From Octopus vulgaris (Eukaryota), in NCBI GenBank assembly GCA_951406725.2, contig OX597823.1:37820001-37884000 (forward strand): a stretch of 64,000 nt of DNA. Reading direction: 5' to 3'. Position numbers and translations under genes: made by a program. The notes below the pieces were generated by a model that had not been told where the DNA came from, made no database searches, and worked only from the letters and a program-made list of their open reading frames with translations. Shown here piece by piece: positions 52,800-64,000 of the stretch (position 1 is the stretch's first letter; each line of letters begins with the position of its first letter).

Positions 52800-53485
52800 C
52801 ATATGATACCATCGTCATCATCATCATCATCATGTAATGTCCATTTTCCATGCTGTCACAGGCTGGAGAGTTTAACAGGAGTTGGCCAGATGGAGAGCTG
52901 CCCAGGCTCCAATTGTCTGTTTTGGCATGATTTCTATGGCTGGATTCTCTTCCTAACACAAACCATTTTATGGAGTGTACTGGGTGTCTGTTACAAGGTA
53001 CTAGCAAGGGTGCTCTCACATGGCTCCAGCTCATGAGTGTTTACATGGCACCAGCATGGGTGCTCTTTATGTAGTGCTGACATGGGTACTTTTTATGTGG
53101 CGCCAGCACCCGCAAGCTCACAATACAAAGACCTCTTGGCTGAGAGAGGGAGTGGTGGGCATGGCCACAAAGGACATGCTTGTATGTATGGATGGCTACA
53201 ATTTTACTTAGCTTGCAAAGTCTTATCAAGCACAGTAAATTGCCAGAACTCTTGGTCACTTGTCATCTTTGTGAAGCCTAATATCTGAAGATCTTTTCTC
53301 TACTTCATTCCACATCTTCCTGAGTCTACCCCTTTCACAAGTTCCCTCCACAATTAGAGATTAGCACTTGCTTATGCAGTTGTCTTTGTCCATATGCATC
53401 ACGTGACTATACAAGCACAGTCTTCACTCTTGCACACTACAACTGATGCGTCTACTACAAACAGATATTAAAAATAGCAACTTAC

Positions 53486-53537
53486 TTATTTTCAGACACT
53501 TCTCAATGTAATCCAGTGAAACCCATGGCATTCCATA
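53486..53537 (-). CDS. P4HA: P4HA-like paralog A small exon YGMPWVSLDYIEKCLKI
   Basis: tttttag acceptor, A|GTAAGT donor, 52 nt; phase 0-1 links the flanking exons in frame. Confidence 0.83.
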
Positions 53538-54509
53538 CTAAAAATTCAATAAGAGAAAAAAAAAAAGTAATTTTTTGAAATTCTAGTCCACTGTTTTATC
53601 ATCATCATCCTGATCATCATCATCAATATGAATATTCTCATTTTCATAATCATCATTTAACATCCTCATTCAATTTTTCATGCTAACATGCATCAGACAG
53701 AGTATATTGAGGCAGATTTTCTACAGCTGAATACCTGTCTTGTCACTAATTTTCACCTGTTTCCAAGCAAGGTAATATTTCCTCATGGCCAGACAATGTT
53801 TTTAACAGAAGACTAGAAACAATGAACATCGCTTGTATGATGATGATGATGCTTGTTCAGAGCCATTACATGATGTCAAAGCAAGAGTACACACAGTCAC
53901 ACATACAAGTACACACACAGACACACTGACACACACATGCACACACACACATACGTACACACACATGTACACTCACACATATGTACATACATACATACAT
54001 ACATAATGTTCATCCATCATTGTCAATGATGACCAGAACATCACATGGCACATCCAGCCATGGCCGATCAAGGCCAATGTTTGCTTGTAAAGTTCTGTTG
54101 CAGATCTGGCACTGGTGGTCTGCTGGGAATGAAGGCAATGAGTTGCCTCTGGACTTGTGCAGCTCATGTTTTCTTTGTGGTCCTGCAATCTTGCAACCCT
54201 GTTCTGTTCGTAGGAGGTGGTACCTCTATTGGTGCAGCTACAGCAGGCAGGGCAGACCTGTGCCTACATTTTCCAGGAGCCTTGGCTGAGCTGAAAGCAC
54301 TTAAGTGAGACTTTAAGTGTATCTTTGAAGCACTTTTTTAAAAAAAAAGCCGGAAAAAAACCTACGTATATACATACATACATACATACATACATACATA
54401 CATGCATGCATACATATATACATACATGTTGTGCAGTGTCCATTTATATCCTCAGTGTAGCAAACATTTCTAAAGTATGCTAGAATGAATGAGGCTTCTA
54501 TTTATTTAC

Positions 54510-54756
54510 CATTGAATAAGCACTGGCAATTGTTCGATATATTTGGTTCTGTTCTACAGTTCCTTTCTCAATTTTTGACTTTCTGTAAAGTTCATCCAGT
54601 GCCAAAAGCCATAATATTTCTTCATAAGCCATATCGTGCTCATTAGCTATTTCAATTAACTTTAGAGCATCATTAGCTGTCATTGGTTCTGTTTGAGTGT
54701 TGGCAATACGACCCTGTAGCAGCTCAGTTAAATTCAGAGAATAAATATTTTGTAAT
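54510..54756 (-). CDS. P4HA: P4HA-like paralog A exon (R)LQNIYSLNLTELLQGRI...IASAYSM
   Basis: ctttcag acceptor, ATG|GTAAAT donor, 247 nt, phase 2-0; RLQ..Y.L....L..G motif. Confidence 0.92.
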
Positions 54757-55065
54757 CTGAAAGTTATAATAACATTATCATTATCATCATCAACAACAAC
54801 AACAACAACAATAATAATAGTTTCAAATTTTGGCACAAGGCCAGCAAATGTAGGGGAGGGATAAGTTGATTACATCAACCCCAGTTTTCAACTGGCACTT
54901 ATTTTAATGACCCCGAGAGGATGAAAAGGCAAAGGTGACAGTGGCAGAATTTGGACTCAGAATGTGAAGACTGAGATAAAATGCTTCAAAGCATTTTGTT
55001 CAGTGTGCTAATGATTCTGCTAGTTCACCACCTTAATGATGATGATGATGATGATGATGATGATC

Positions 55066-55144
<79 letters not shown>

Positions 55145-55422
55145 TAATAATAAACCTTTCTACTGTAGGCAAAGGCCTGGATTTTGTGGGAAGGGGGACA
55201 GTCGATCACATCAACCCCAATATTCAACTGGTACTTATTTCAGCGACCCTGAATGGACGAAAGGCAAAGTCGACCTCAGTAGAATCTTAATTCAGAATCT
55301 AGCAGCAGATGAAATACCACTCAGCATGTTAATGATTCTGCCAGTTTGCCACCTTTATAATAATAATAGTAATAATAATAATAATGATAATAGTAATAAT
55401 AATAATAATAATAGTAAAAATT

Positions 55423-55453
<31 letters not shown>

Positions 55454-55468
55454 TAATAATAATAATAA

Positions 55469-56203
55469 AACGACTTTACCTGCCAAGAAAAGAGGGTGGC
55501 CATGGACTTTTATAACTGGAATTAACAATGAAGATTGCCACAATTGGCCTAAACAACTACCCGAAAAACTCTGATGACTGTTAAACTTGTCTTAAAGCAT
55601 GAAAACAAGAAAGCATCATAATCAGTAACAAAACAGGCAAATGAATGTCTAATATCTAAGTGAATTCCAAATACAACAAATCCCAGAATTAGACGTACTG
55701 GAAACAAGCCCAGAAAAAGCTAAGCATATGTAAACCCGTGCTAAAACTGCTGCCTTAGATATTTTTACGGATAAGTGGCAAGAAAAACCTCTCAATGGCA
55801 ATACCCAAAGAGAGCTAATAATGCTGATATTGACAAAGCCCTTACTCATCAATGATTAGTGTCTTCTGGCTTAAAATTAGAAACAGAAGGGTTTATCACA
55901 GCAGCCCAAAATCAATGCCTACCTACAAGGAACTACCAGCCAACATATTAAAGAATGACAATAGCCCAACATGTCATGTATATCAACAACAAAATGAAGC
56001 CATTGATCATGTTGTCTCCATGTGCAGTCTTCTTGTGCCTACAGAGTAACAGGCTTGATAGAGCAGCACAATATATTCACTGGGTAATTGGCAAAAACCT
56101 GGACCTGCCCCATGATAAAAACCAGTGGGAACACAAACCACTTCCAGTGCTTGAAAATGATCACATCTCACTCCTCTGGAACTTCACCATTCAAACTGAC
56201 AGA
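55469..56203 (+). mobile_element. Degenerate 5'-truncated Dong/R4-like LINE fragment after an (AAT)n run
   Basis: RLYLPR..., W.EKPL.G, GLK.ETEGFI.AAQ, zinc knuckle C.VY...EAIDHVVSMC, LLWNFTIQTDR. Confidence 0.75.
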
Positions 56204-56253
56204 AAGGAGGAGGAGGAGGGGTAGGATGATGATGATGATAATGATGATGATGG

Positions 56254-56286
<33 letters not shown>

Positions 56287-58187
56287 CGATGATGATGATG
56301 ATGACGATGATGATGATGATGATGATGATGATGAAATTGCAAGAATGTGAGCAATGAGGAGTGTAACTTAGTTGTTGTTGGGGTACTCAGAGAACTAACA
56401 ACGTTTGAGAAATATATCAGAGAAATTGGAATTGACATGAGGGCAGAGCAGGCCCGAAAATTTGTTCTGTTGGGGACAGCTAGGATTTTGAGATTGCTGT
56501 TTGGGTGTTTAGAGTCTTCCATGATAAGTTGACATCCATGTACCAAAGCTTATGATCTGCAGAAACAGACCCAGTGAGACCTCTGACAACAGGTTGCTGT
56601 CCACTCTCACAAAATCAACCAGAGCAAGTTAGACCAAGAGCTCTGAGAAGTAAAATAATTATGATAATAAAAATAACAGTAATAACAGCAACAACAATAG
56701 TTTTAACATAAACACAAAAACACAAATGTACAATATTTCAGAAGAGAGTAAATTGATTTTATTGATCTCAGTACTTCACTGGTATTTTATTTATTAATTC
56801 TTGAAGGACGAAATACAATGTTGACTTTGGCGAAAGGGAATATATTTAAATACCACAAAGTATCTTTACCAACTCTGTTAACCACCACTCTAACAATATT
56901 GATTTCAAAAGAGACACAAGTGTATACATTTAATGGGAGGGTATAGTTGATTATTTTGATTCCAGTACTTGACTGGTACTTCGTTTTATCATCTTGGAAA
57001 GATGAAGGACAAAGTTCACCTCAGTCAGATTTGAACTCAGAATGTGAAGAGATGTTTATAAATACATAAAGGCATTTTTCTCAAGCTACAATGATTCTGA
57101 CAATCAATAGTTCTTTAATAATAATAAGTGTCTCTAATTAAAACACAAAACAAAATGTTTTTAAGTTGATAGGCTTAGTCAGTTGCACTAAGTCTTTATA
57201 GAATATAAAATGTTTGACTTACCATTGACTCCCATTGATCAACTTGTAGAGAACTGTGAATATTTGAGAATATTCTAGGAGCCAGACACCTAATCTTTGC
57301 CATCTTTTCATGAGTATCAGGGGAAATGTGCTTCAGAAACAGTGACCACACATTCTTACTATCTAGATATCTGTGCAGATGCTGCAGTCACTTTAGCAGT
57401 TTAGTCCACTATGGCTGATGATATCATATCACCAGACACAAAATGCTGAGTCTTCAGTGCAGAAGGTGTGGATAGTAGATGGACCTTCCAGTGAAATATG
57501 TTCCTTCTACATGAAGCAAAGATAGTGATGCTTCCCCATAGCCATAGAAAAAAAAAGGATCATGGGCCTATGGTTGGGGGTGTAATAAATAATGGAAGTG
57601 ATGTATGTGTTTGCTACCTTTGCTCAACATTTCAGAGATAACCTCATACTAGTCCATTTCTGATTAAGATTGACTACCATGCTCATAATCTTATCCCAGT
57701 TCCTATCCTTGAATGTTCAGCTTGACCCAGACTGCAAGTATCTTAAGATATTCAGTCTTGCAATCCATGATGCTAGCTTGCATGGATATACCCATTCAGG
57801 TGCCAAGCTGCAAGTGCACAAGCTTATATCCCTACCTCAATTTATTACCATAGTGACCATCTTGATTTCCATGGTGACTCAAAAAATCATGGTGATATTG
57901 TCCATGGATTGCAATATGGATGTCTCCACTTCTAAGTTAAAGTGGAATGTCCCATCTCAAACAGCTCCAGCTTCTCAGCAATGGTTCGAGAATGATGTAA
58001 AAAGACACTTTCTTCCACTCACCAACTGTGAGATTCAAAATGGTTCTGACAAGTTGCTATTTGACTGTTTAGTAGATGCTGCTGTATAATAAATACCACG
58101 AGGCATTTTGTCTGGAATTCTAACAACTCTGTGTGATATCCAATATAACATTTTTTTCACTCAAAATATAATGGATAAAAATCTTAC

Positions 58188-58272
58188 CTAAACAAGCCTA
58201 AAGCTGCTTCAGTAACATCTTTTTTAGTTGGCCACAATTGTTCTTGAACCATTTTGTATTCTTTGATAAATT
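58188..58272 (-). CDS. P4HA: P4HA-like paralog A exon (E)FIKEYKMVQEQLWPTKKDVTEAALGLF(R)
   Basis: gtgacag acceptor, AG|GTAAGA donor, 85 nt, phase 1-2; PT..D...AA..L.R motif. Confidence 0.9.
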
Positions 58273-58488
58273 CTGTCACAAACACATAGAAATATTAACA
58301 AAACATATATAAGTCATTCAAAGTACAATTTTTATATCTTTGTTCAAATAAGTGGGCTCTGTACTTTTGCTGATTTTTATTTTCTATTCATTTACTGCAG
58401 TCTCCCACTTTGTCAGCCATTTTATCTACTTATACCACAAATTCTCCCCACAACACCTACTTTAACAAGTATCAGAATAGAGACTAAC

Positions 58489-58655
58489 CTTTAGTGTTGT
58501 TATTGTGTTCGCAGTTGTCACAGTCTAATTTCACCATCATCTCACTCCATCTATTGTGAATCCGATATAACATGCGATATGCATTCAATGGGTTAGTTGT
58601 GTAGTTTGTCATATTTCCCAACTTTGTGTTTTGTGTTTGTGTTTCATTCAAGAAG
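58489..58655 (-). CDS. P4HA: P4HA-like paralog A coding exon 2 FLNETQ...NYTTNPLNAYRMLYRIHNRWSEM...; first coding exon not found in window
   Basis: tatttcag acceptor, AAG|GTTAGT donor, 167 nt, phase 2-1; NPLNAY...R....W motif. Confidence 0.9.
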
Positions 58656-59151
58656 CTGAAATAAAACAAAGTCTTTCCAGGTATATTGCTAATACAAACA
58701 AACATCATTTATAATTCGTTTTTTACTGTAAATAAAGATGTAAAAAAACAGCATCTAAATACTGGCTTAAAATTCTTTTTGGCTAGAAAAAGACAAAGAC
58801 TACACATGTGACACAAGTTCACATCCTCTCAAAAAGTTAACAGACGTTCTACCACTGGACCAAAGCAATACTTTGATATTCACCAATTAGGAGCTTTGTT
58901 CATACCAGCAAGAATTGTATGTTGTTTACGTCATCAGAATTCAGAAAAATTTGAAAAAACTTGAAATAATCCACTTTTAACTGTAGAACTCAAAGTAGAT
59001 AAAGCTAAAAATAATAGCATTTACATATTGGGTCAAAACTCCATTTGGATAGAAATGTCGAAGGCTAAGGATTAAATGGAGTCATGCATATTGCACTTAG
59101 AGGTTATATTGTTCAATTCACTAACACACATTTACATATGTACACACACAT

Positions 59152-59204
<53 letters not shown>

Positions 59205-60104
59205 AATAAGAATATATAAATATTTAATATATGATGTGTGTGTGTGTAGGGGCAAGATTTAATGAAGTTTTTCTTTCCTTAGCAGAACTCAGGCTGGTCT
59301 CTAACAAAGACAGGTGTTTAGTCTAGTGAATCTTTTTTTTGTTCAACCACTATATTATAGAGTCTTAAACAAACTAACACCAGTTGTAAAGTAATAGGAC
59401 ACACACACATCTCTCTCTATCTCCCTTATTTCTCCCTCTCTCTCTCCCTCCCTCTCCCTCTCATTCCTTCTCTCTCTCCCTCCTTCTCCCTCTCATTCCT
59501 TCTCTCTCTCCCTCCCTCTCTCTCCACCCTCTCTCCCCCATCCCCCCTCTCCCATATATATCTTTTTTATTCCAGACACAAGGCCCTATGGCTTTTTACC
59601 TTAACCGATTGGAAGTGTTACCATGTACATTGTTTTGTCTTGGTATAAAAGATGGGCTAAATATTCTCCTCAGTATCACAGATTTGCTTGTCAGTTGTTT
59701 GACCATAACCAGTTGAGCATGTCTCTTATTGGCTGATGATATGTGCATCTCTGATCATGAGCAGAAGTAGTGGGGGAGCATCACAGCCATGTGTCGAGAG
59801 GAATTCTTTGGAGTTTGGATAATTCACCCCTGGAAACATGGGTGTTTCATTCAACATCTTTAAACAACCCTTATTCAGAGACCTTTTGAGCGGGATGGGC
59901 TACTGGACCTGAAGAAAATTCTAACTGGGCCCAATTTGCAAGGCCATGCACTGTTTATCTTGATATGAGATCACCATGTCGTGCACATGTGGTTGTGATG
60001 CCTGTGCCTGGTGTACTGTTATCAAACAGGTAGTCATAATTGGTATATTTTACCCCAGTGTCATTTTGATAGCATGCACTGCTCTCTCACTCAATAATAA
60101 TAAC

Positions 60105-60184
<80 letters not shown>

Positions 60185-61887
60185 GTAAAGACAATAATGA
60201 ACTTGAAGGCCTATTGCGCACTGTGAAAGCATTCAGCGATAACATCGGGATGGAGTTTGGACTTGAGAAGTGTGCCAAGGCCACTTTCCAGAAAGGGAAA
60301 GTGAAGACCACAAATTCAGTCGTGTTAGATGTTGACACAGTCATAAGGGAGCTTGAGCAAGAACAAACATACAAATATTTAGGGATAAATGAAGGCTCTG
60401 GTATTCAGCATGCAAGCATGAAAGAGAAGATCAGGAAGGAATGTTATAGGAGAGTTCGTGCAGTCCTGAAATCTGAACTAAATGCACGTAACAAGGTGTT
60501 AGCTATAAATTCCTTAGCAGTTCCAGTTGTTACTTATAGCTACAATGTGTTGAACTGGAATATGAGTGAAGTAAAGAATATAGATAGGAAAATACGCAAG
60601 CTGCTGAGTTGTAATAGGATGCACCACCCAAAGGCAGACGTAGATCGCCTTTACCTTCCCAGAGCCCAAGGAGGTCGAGGCCTGATCCAATTTGAACTAG
60701 CTTACAAAACAACCACAATTGGACTGGCCAAATATCTCGAAATATCGAATGACTGGATGCTAAAGCTCATGGAAAATCACGAGAGACGAAAGAAGCTTCA
60801 TTTTATCATAAAGGAAAGCAAAAAATTTGCTATTGATCTCGTGCAGGATACCCAAACAGAACAACCCGAGGGAAGTACGGCAACTATTGTTGCAAAGAAG
60901 GTGAAAATGATGGCAATGAAAAAAGCGCACGAGCAATTGGCTGATAGGTGGGAGGAGAAACCTCTGCACGGCAAATATGTGACCCGCAGCAAACAAGCTG
61001 ATGTTGACCAGAAGCAAACCCATCAGTGGCTACGGAGCTCAGGGCTAAAAGCAGAGAGCGAAGGTTTCATCCTGGCTGCTCAAGATCAAAGCCTATTAAC
61101 CCGGAACTACCAGGCCAATTGTGATGAAAAATGGGGCAGACCCAAAATGCCGATTCTGCAACGACATGATTGAAACAGTGGACCACCTAATCTCTGGATG
61201 TAAAGTCTTAGCTCCAGTGGAGTATAAATTAAGACATGACAGAGTTGGCCAATATCTACACTGGCTAATAAGTCGGCATTACAATATCAAAACTGCCGAC
61301 AAGTGGTATAATCACCACCCTGAGGCTGTAACTGAAGGAGAAAATGTAACCATTCTGTGGGACTTTCCAGTACATACAGACCGAACCATCAAGGCCAATA
61401 AACCAGATATTGTTGTGAAAGACCAAAACAATAAAGTTTGCTTATTGATCGACATGAGCATCCCCTGTGATCATAATATCTCAGCAAAGAGTTTGACAAG
61501 CTCAGAAAATATAAAGACCTGCTCATTGAAATTGAGAAAATGTGGCATCTCAAGGCGGTTACAATACCAGTGATCGTAGGAGCACTAGGAATGATCAAGA
61601 AGGGAACCGAAAATTATATGAGAATGATCCCTGGCTTACCATCCCTGCAAGAAGTGCAAAAGATTGTCTTAACTGGTACATCACACGTATTGAGAAGAGC
61701 ATTGTCAATGTGAGAACTGTTGCTGCTCATGTATTTTAATTTAACTTAAAAAAAAAAAAAAAAAATGAACGAACTATTGAGTTTGGTTTAATGGCCTACC
61801 ATTGTATACTATGAGTTTCTTTGCCCTAGGAGTCGGGAAGACACTCAGCAAGAAATGGAAGCAAATTTGAAAGAGGAAAAAAAAAAG
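60185..61887 (+). mobile_element. 5'-truncated Dong/R4-clade non-LTR retrotransposon within (AAT)n
   Basis: RT thumb (FGLEKC, YKYLG), zinc knuckle CRFC..ETVDHLISGC, restriction-like endonuclease RHD...KPDIVV...IDMS; two frameshifts; AAT repeats on both sides. Confidence 0.88.
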
Positions 61888-62164
61888 TAATAATAATAAT
61901 AATAATAGTTTCAAGTTTTGGCACAAGGTTATTAAGTTCGGGGATGTGGGCAAAATGATTATATTAGCCTTAGTGCACAAGTAGTACTTATTTTATTGAC
62001 CCTGAAAAGATGAATGGCAAAGTTGACTTTGGTGGAATTTGAACCCACATTGTAAAGACAAACAAAATATCACTAAGCATTTTCCCCCACGTGTCATCAA
62101 TTGTGCCAACTCATTGATTTAATAACAACAACAACAACAACAACAACAACAATAATAATAAAAC

Positions 62165-62223
<59 letters not shown>

Positions 62224-64000
62224 TACGCAGCAGCCACTGCAGCCACAAAAGAAGCTGGATACTCACCCAAACCCGCCCAAACAGGAGTACCACCACCCAA
62301 ACAAACCCTGTGGATAAATAACATCCAAAACAAAATAAAAAAAATTAGAAAAGACCTGTCGATTCTTAATGAAATCAGCAAACAATCAACGCTACTGAGC
62401 AACAAAAAGAGAACAAAAATGCTCCGCAAATATAACATCACAGAAAAAGATTTGCCGGAGATAAAAGAAAAGCTGAAGCAAGATATCCTTGCCAAAGCTC
62501 AAAGGATCCGCCGGTACGAGAAACGCCAACGCTTCTTTGAACAGAACAAAAAGTTCAACTCCAACCCCAAAAGTTCTACCAAGAACTGAGAAAAAATAAA
62601 ATAGAAGTCACTGCAGCACCAACGGCAGAAGAATTGGAAGAATTCTGGAGAGAAATATGGTCGGCGAACGAACAGCCAAAAAAAGGACTATCAAAATAAC
62701 AAACTCGGCATCTGAACAACTTTGGACCCCCATAACAACTGAAGAGGTCACCCAGGCACTGCAAAAACTAAGCAACTGGAAGGCACCTGGGCATGACAAG
62801 ATCCCCAACTTCTGGTTGAAATATCTAACAGGAATGCACAAAAAGCTGGCTGAAAACTTTAACAGCATACTAGCAGAGCCAGAGATAATGCCTGAATGGC
62901 TCACGAAGGGGAAAACCATCTTAATTCCCAAATCAAATGAAACAGCAAAACCAGAAAACTACAGACCAATAACCTGCCTCCCTACTATGTTCAAGGCATT
63001 TACTGCAGTGATATCGCAAAGGCTGAACAAGCACCTGGACGAAAACAAACTGTTCCCAGAAGAGCAGAAAGGATGCCGCAAAGGCTCATATGGCTGTAAA
63101 GATCAACTAATGATTAATAAAGCTGTAACTGAAGACAGCCACAGAAAGAAGAAAGGCCTCAGTATGGCCTGGATTGACTACAAAAAGGCGTTTGATAGCA
63201 TCCCCCACACATGGATCCTCGAAACACTAGCCATTAACAAAGTAGCACCAACAATCATAAAATTCATAGAGCACTCTATGAATAAATGGCAAACAGTCCT
63301 ACACCGCCAAACAAAAGAGGGACTCATGAAAACCAAAGACATCCCCATTAGAAGAGGAATATTCCAGGGAGACACGCTCTCTCCACTCCTTTTCTGCTTG
63401 GCACTGTCACCTCTATCTGATATGCTAAATAGAACTGGATGCGGATATAAATGTTACGGCAAAACGATCAGCCACCTTTTATATATGGATGACCTAAAAC
63501 TATACGCTGCAAATGACAAACAGCTGGAAACACTATTAAAGACAGTTCATGGATTTACCAAAGAAATAGATATGAAATTTGGATTAGAAAAATGCGCCAA
63601 AGTAACCATGAAAAGAGGAAAACTAGTTAAGAGTAACAACATCACACTAGATAAAACCAATGAAATAAAAGAATTAGACCAAAGCCAAACTTACAAATAC
63701 TTAGGAATCCATGAACTAGATAAGACACAACACACACAAATGAAAGAGAAAATAAAAAAAGAATATTATAGACGAGTTAGATCAATACTAAAAACAGAGC
63801 TCAATGCTAAAAACAAGATAATAGGTATCAACACTTTAGCTGTCCCAGTTATAAGTTATAGCTACAATATCCTTAACTGGACACGAAATGAACTGTCCAC
63901 AATAGATAGGAAAACAAGAAAAATACTGACAGGATCTAGGATGCATCACCCAAAATCTGACATAGAAAGACTATATATACAACGTATAGAAGGTGGTAGA
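62224..64000 (+). mobile_element. Dong/R4-clade LINE (different subfamily), RT domain, continues past the window edge
   Basis: NWKAPGHD, NYRPITCL, QKGC, WIDYKKAFDS, GIFQGDTLSP, YMDDLKL; begins right after an (AAT)n run; frameshifts near 62575-62700. Confidence 0.9.

Overview
Eukaryotic, AT-rich, microsatellite- and SINE-dense DNA whose repeat families look cephalopod (Octopus-like; an inference from repeat content). The backbone is two tandem, minus-strand, multi-exon prolyl 4-hydroxylase alpha-subunit (P4HA-like) genes that I spliced by hand. Paralog A has 13 exons in the window (58655 down to the stop at 33820) and its first coding exon was not found. Paralog B starts at ATG 25625 and runs off the left edge after the exon at 1910-1990. 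Paralog A keeps an open frame but has Arg instead of the first iron-binding His (EPRVD vs canonical EPHxD), lacks the conserved R of R-I-S, and appears to use two GC-AG introns where B has GT-AG. Paralog B has an intact HxD but a disturbed middle region (a decayed duplicate exon and a recent partial exon duplication), and it lacks one intron present in A. Introns and intergenic DNA hold an ORF-intact IR/DR Tc1 element, mariners, a Chapaev3-type transposon with an inverted 3' end, (TAA)n-associated Dong/R4-type LINEs, MITEs, SINEs, and palindromes carrying Penelope-type hammerhead ribozyme cores. All calls come from reading the sequence; no searches were run.
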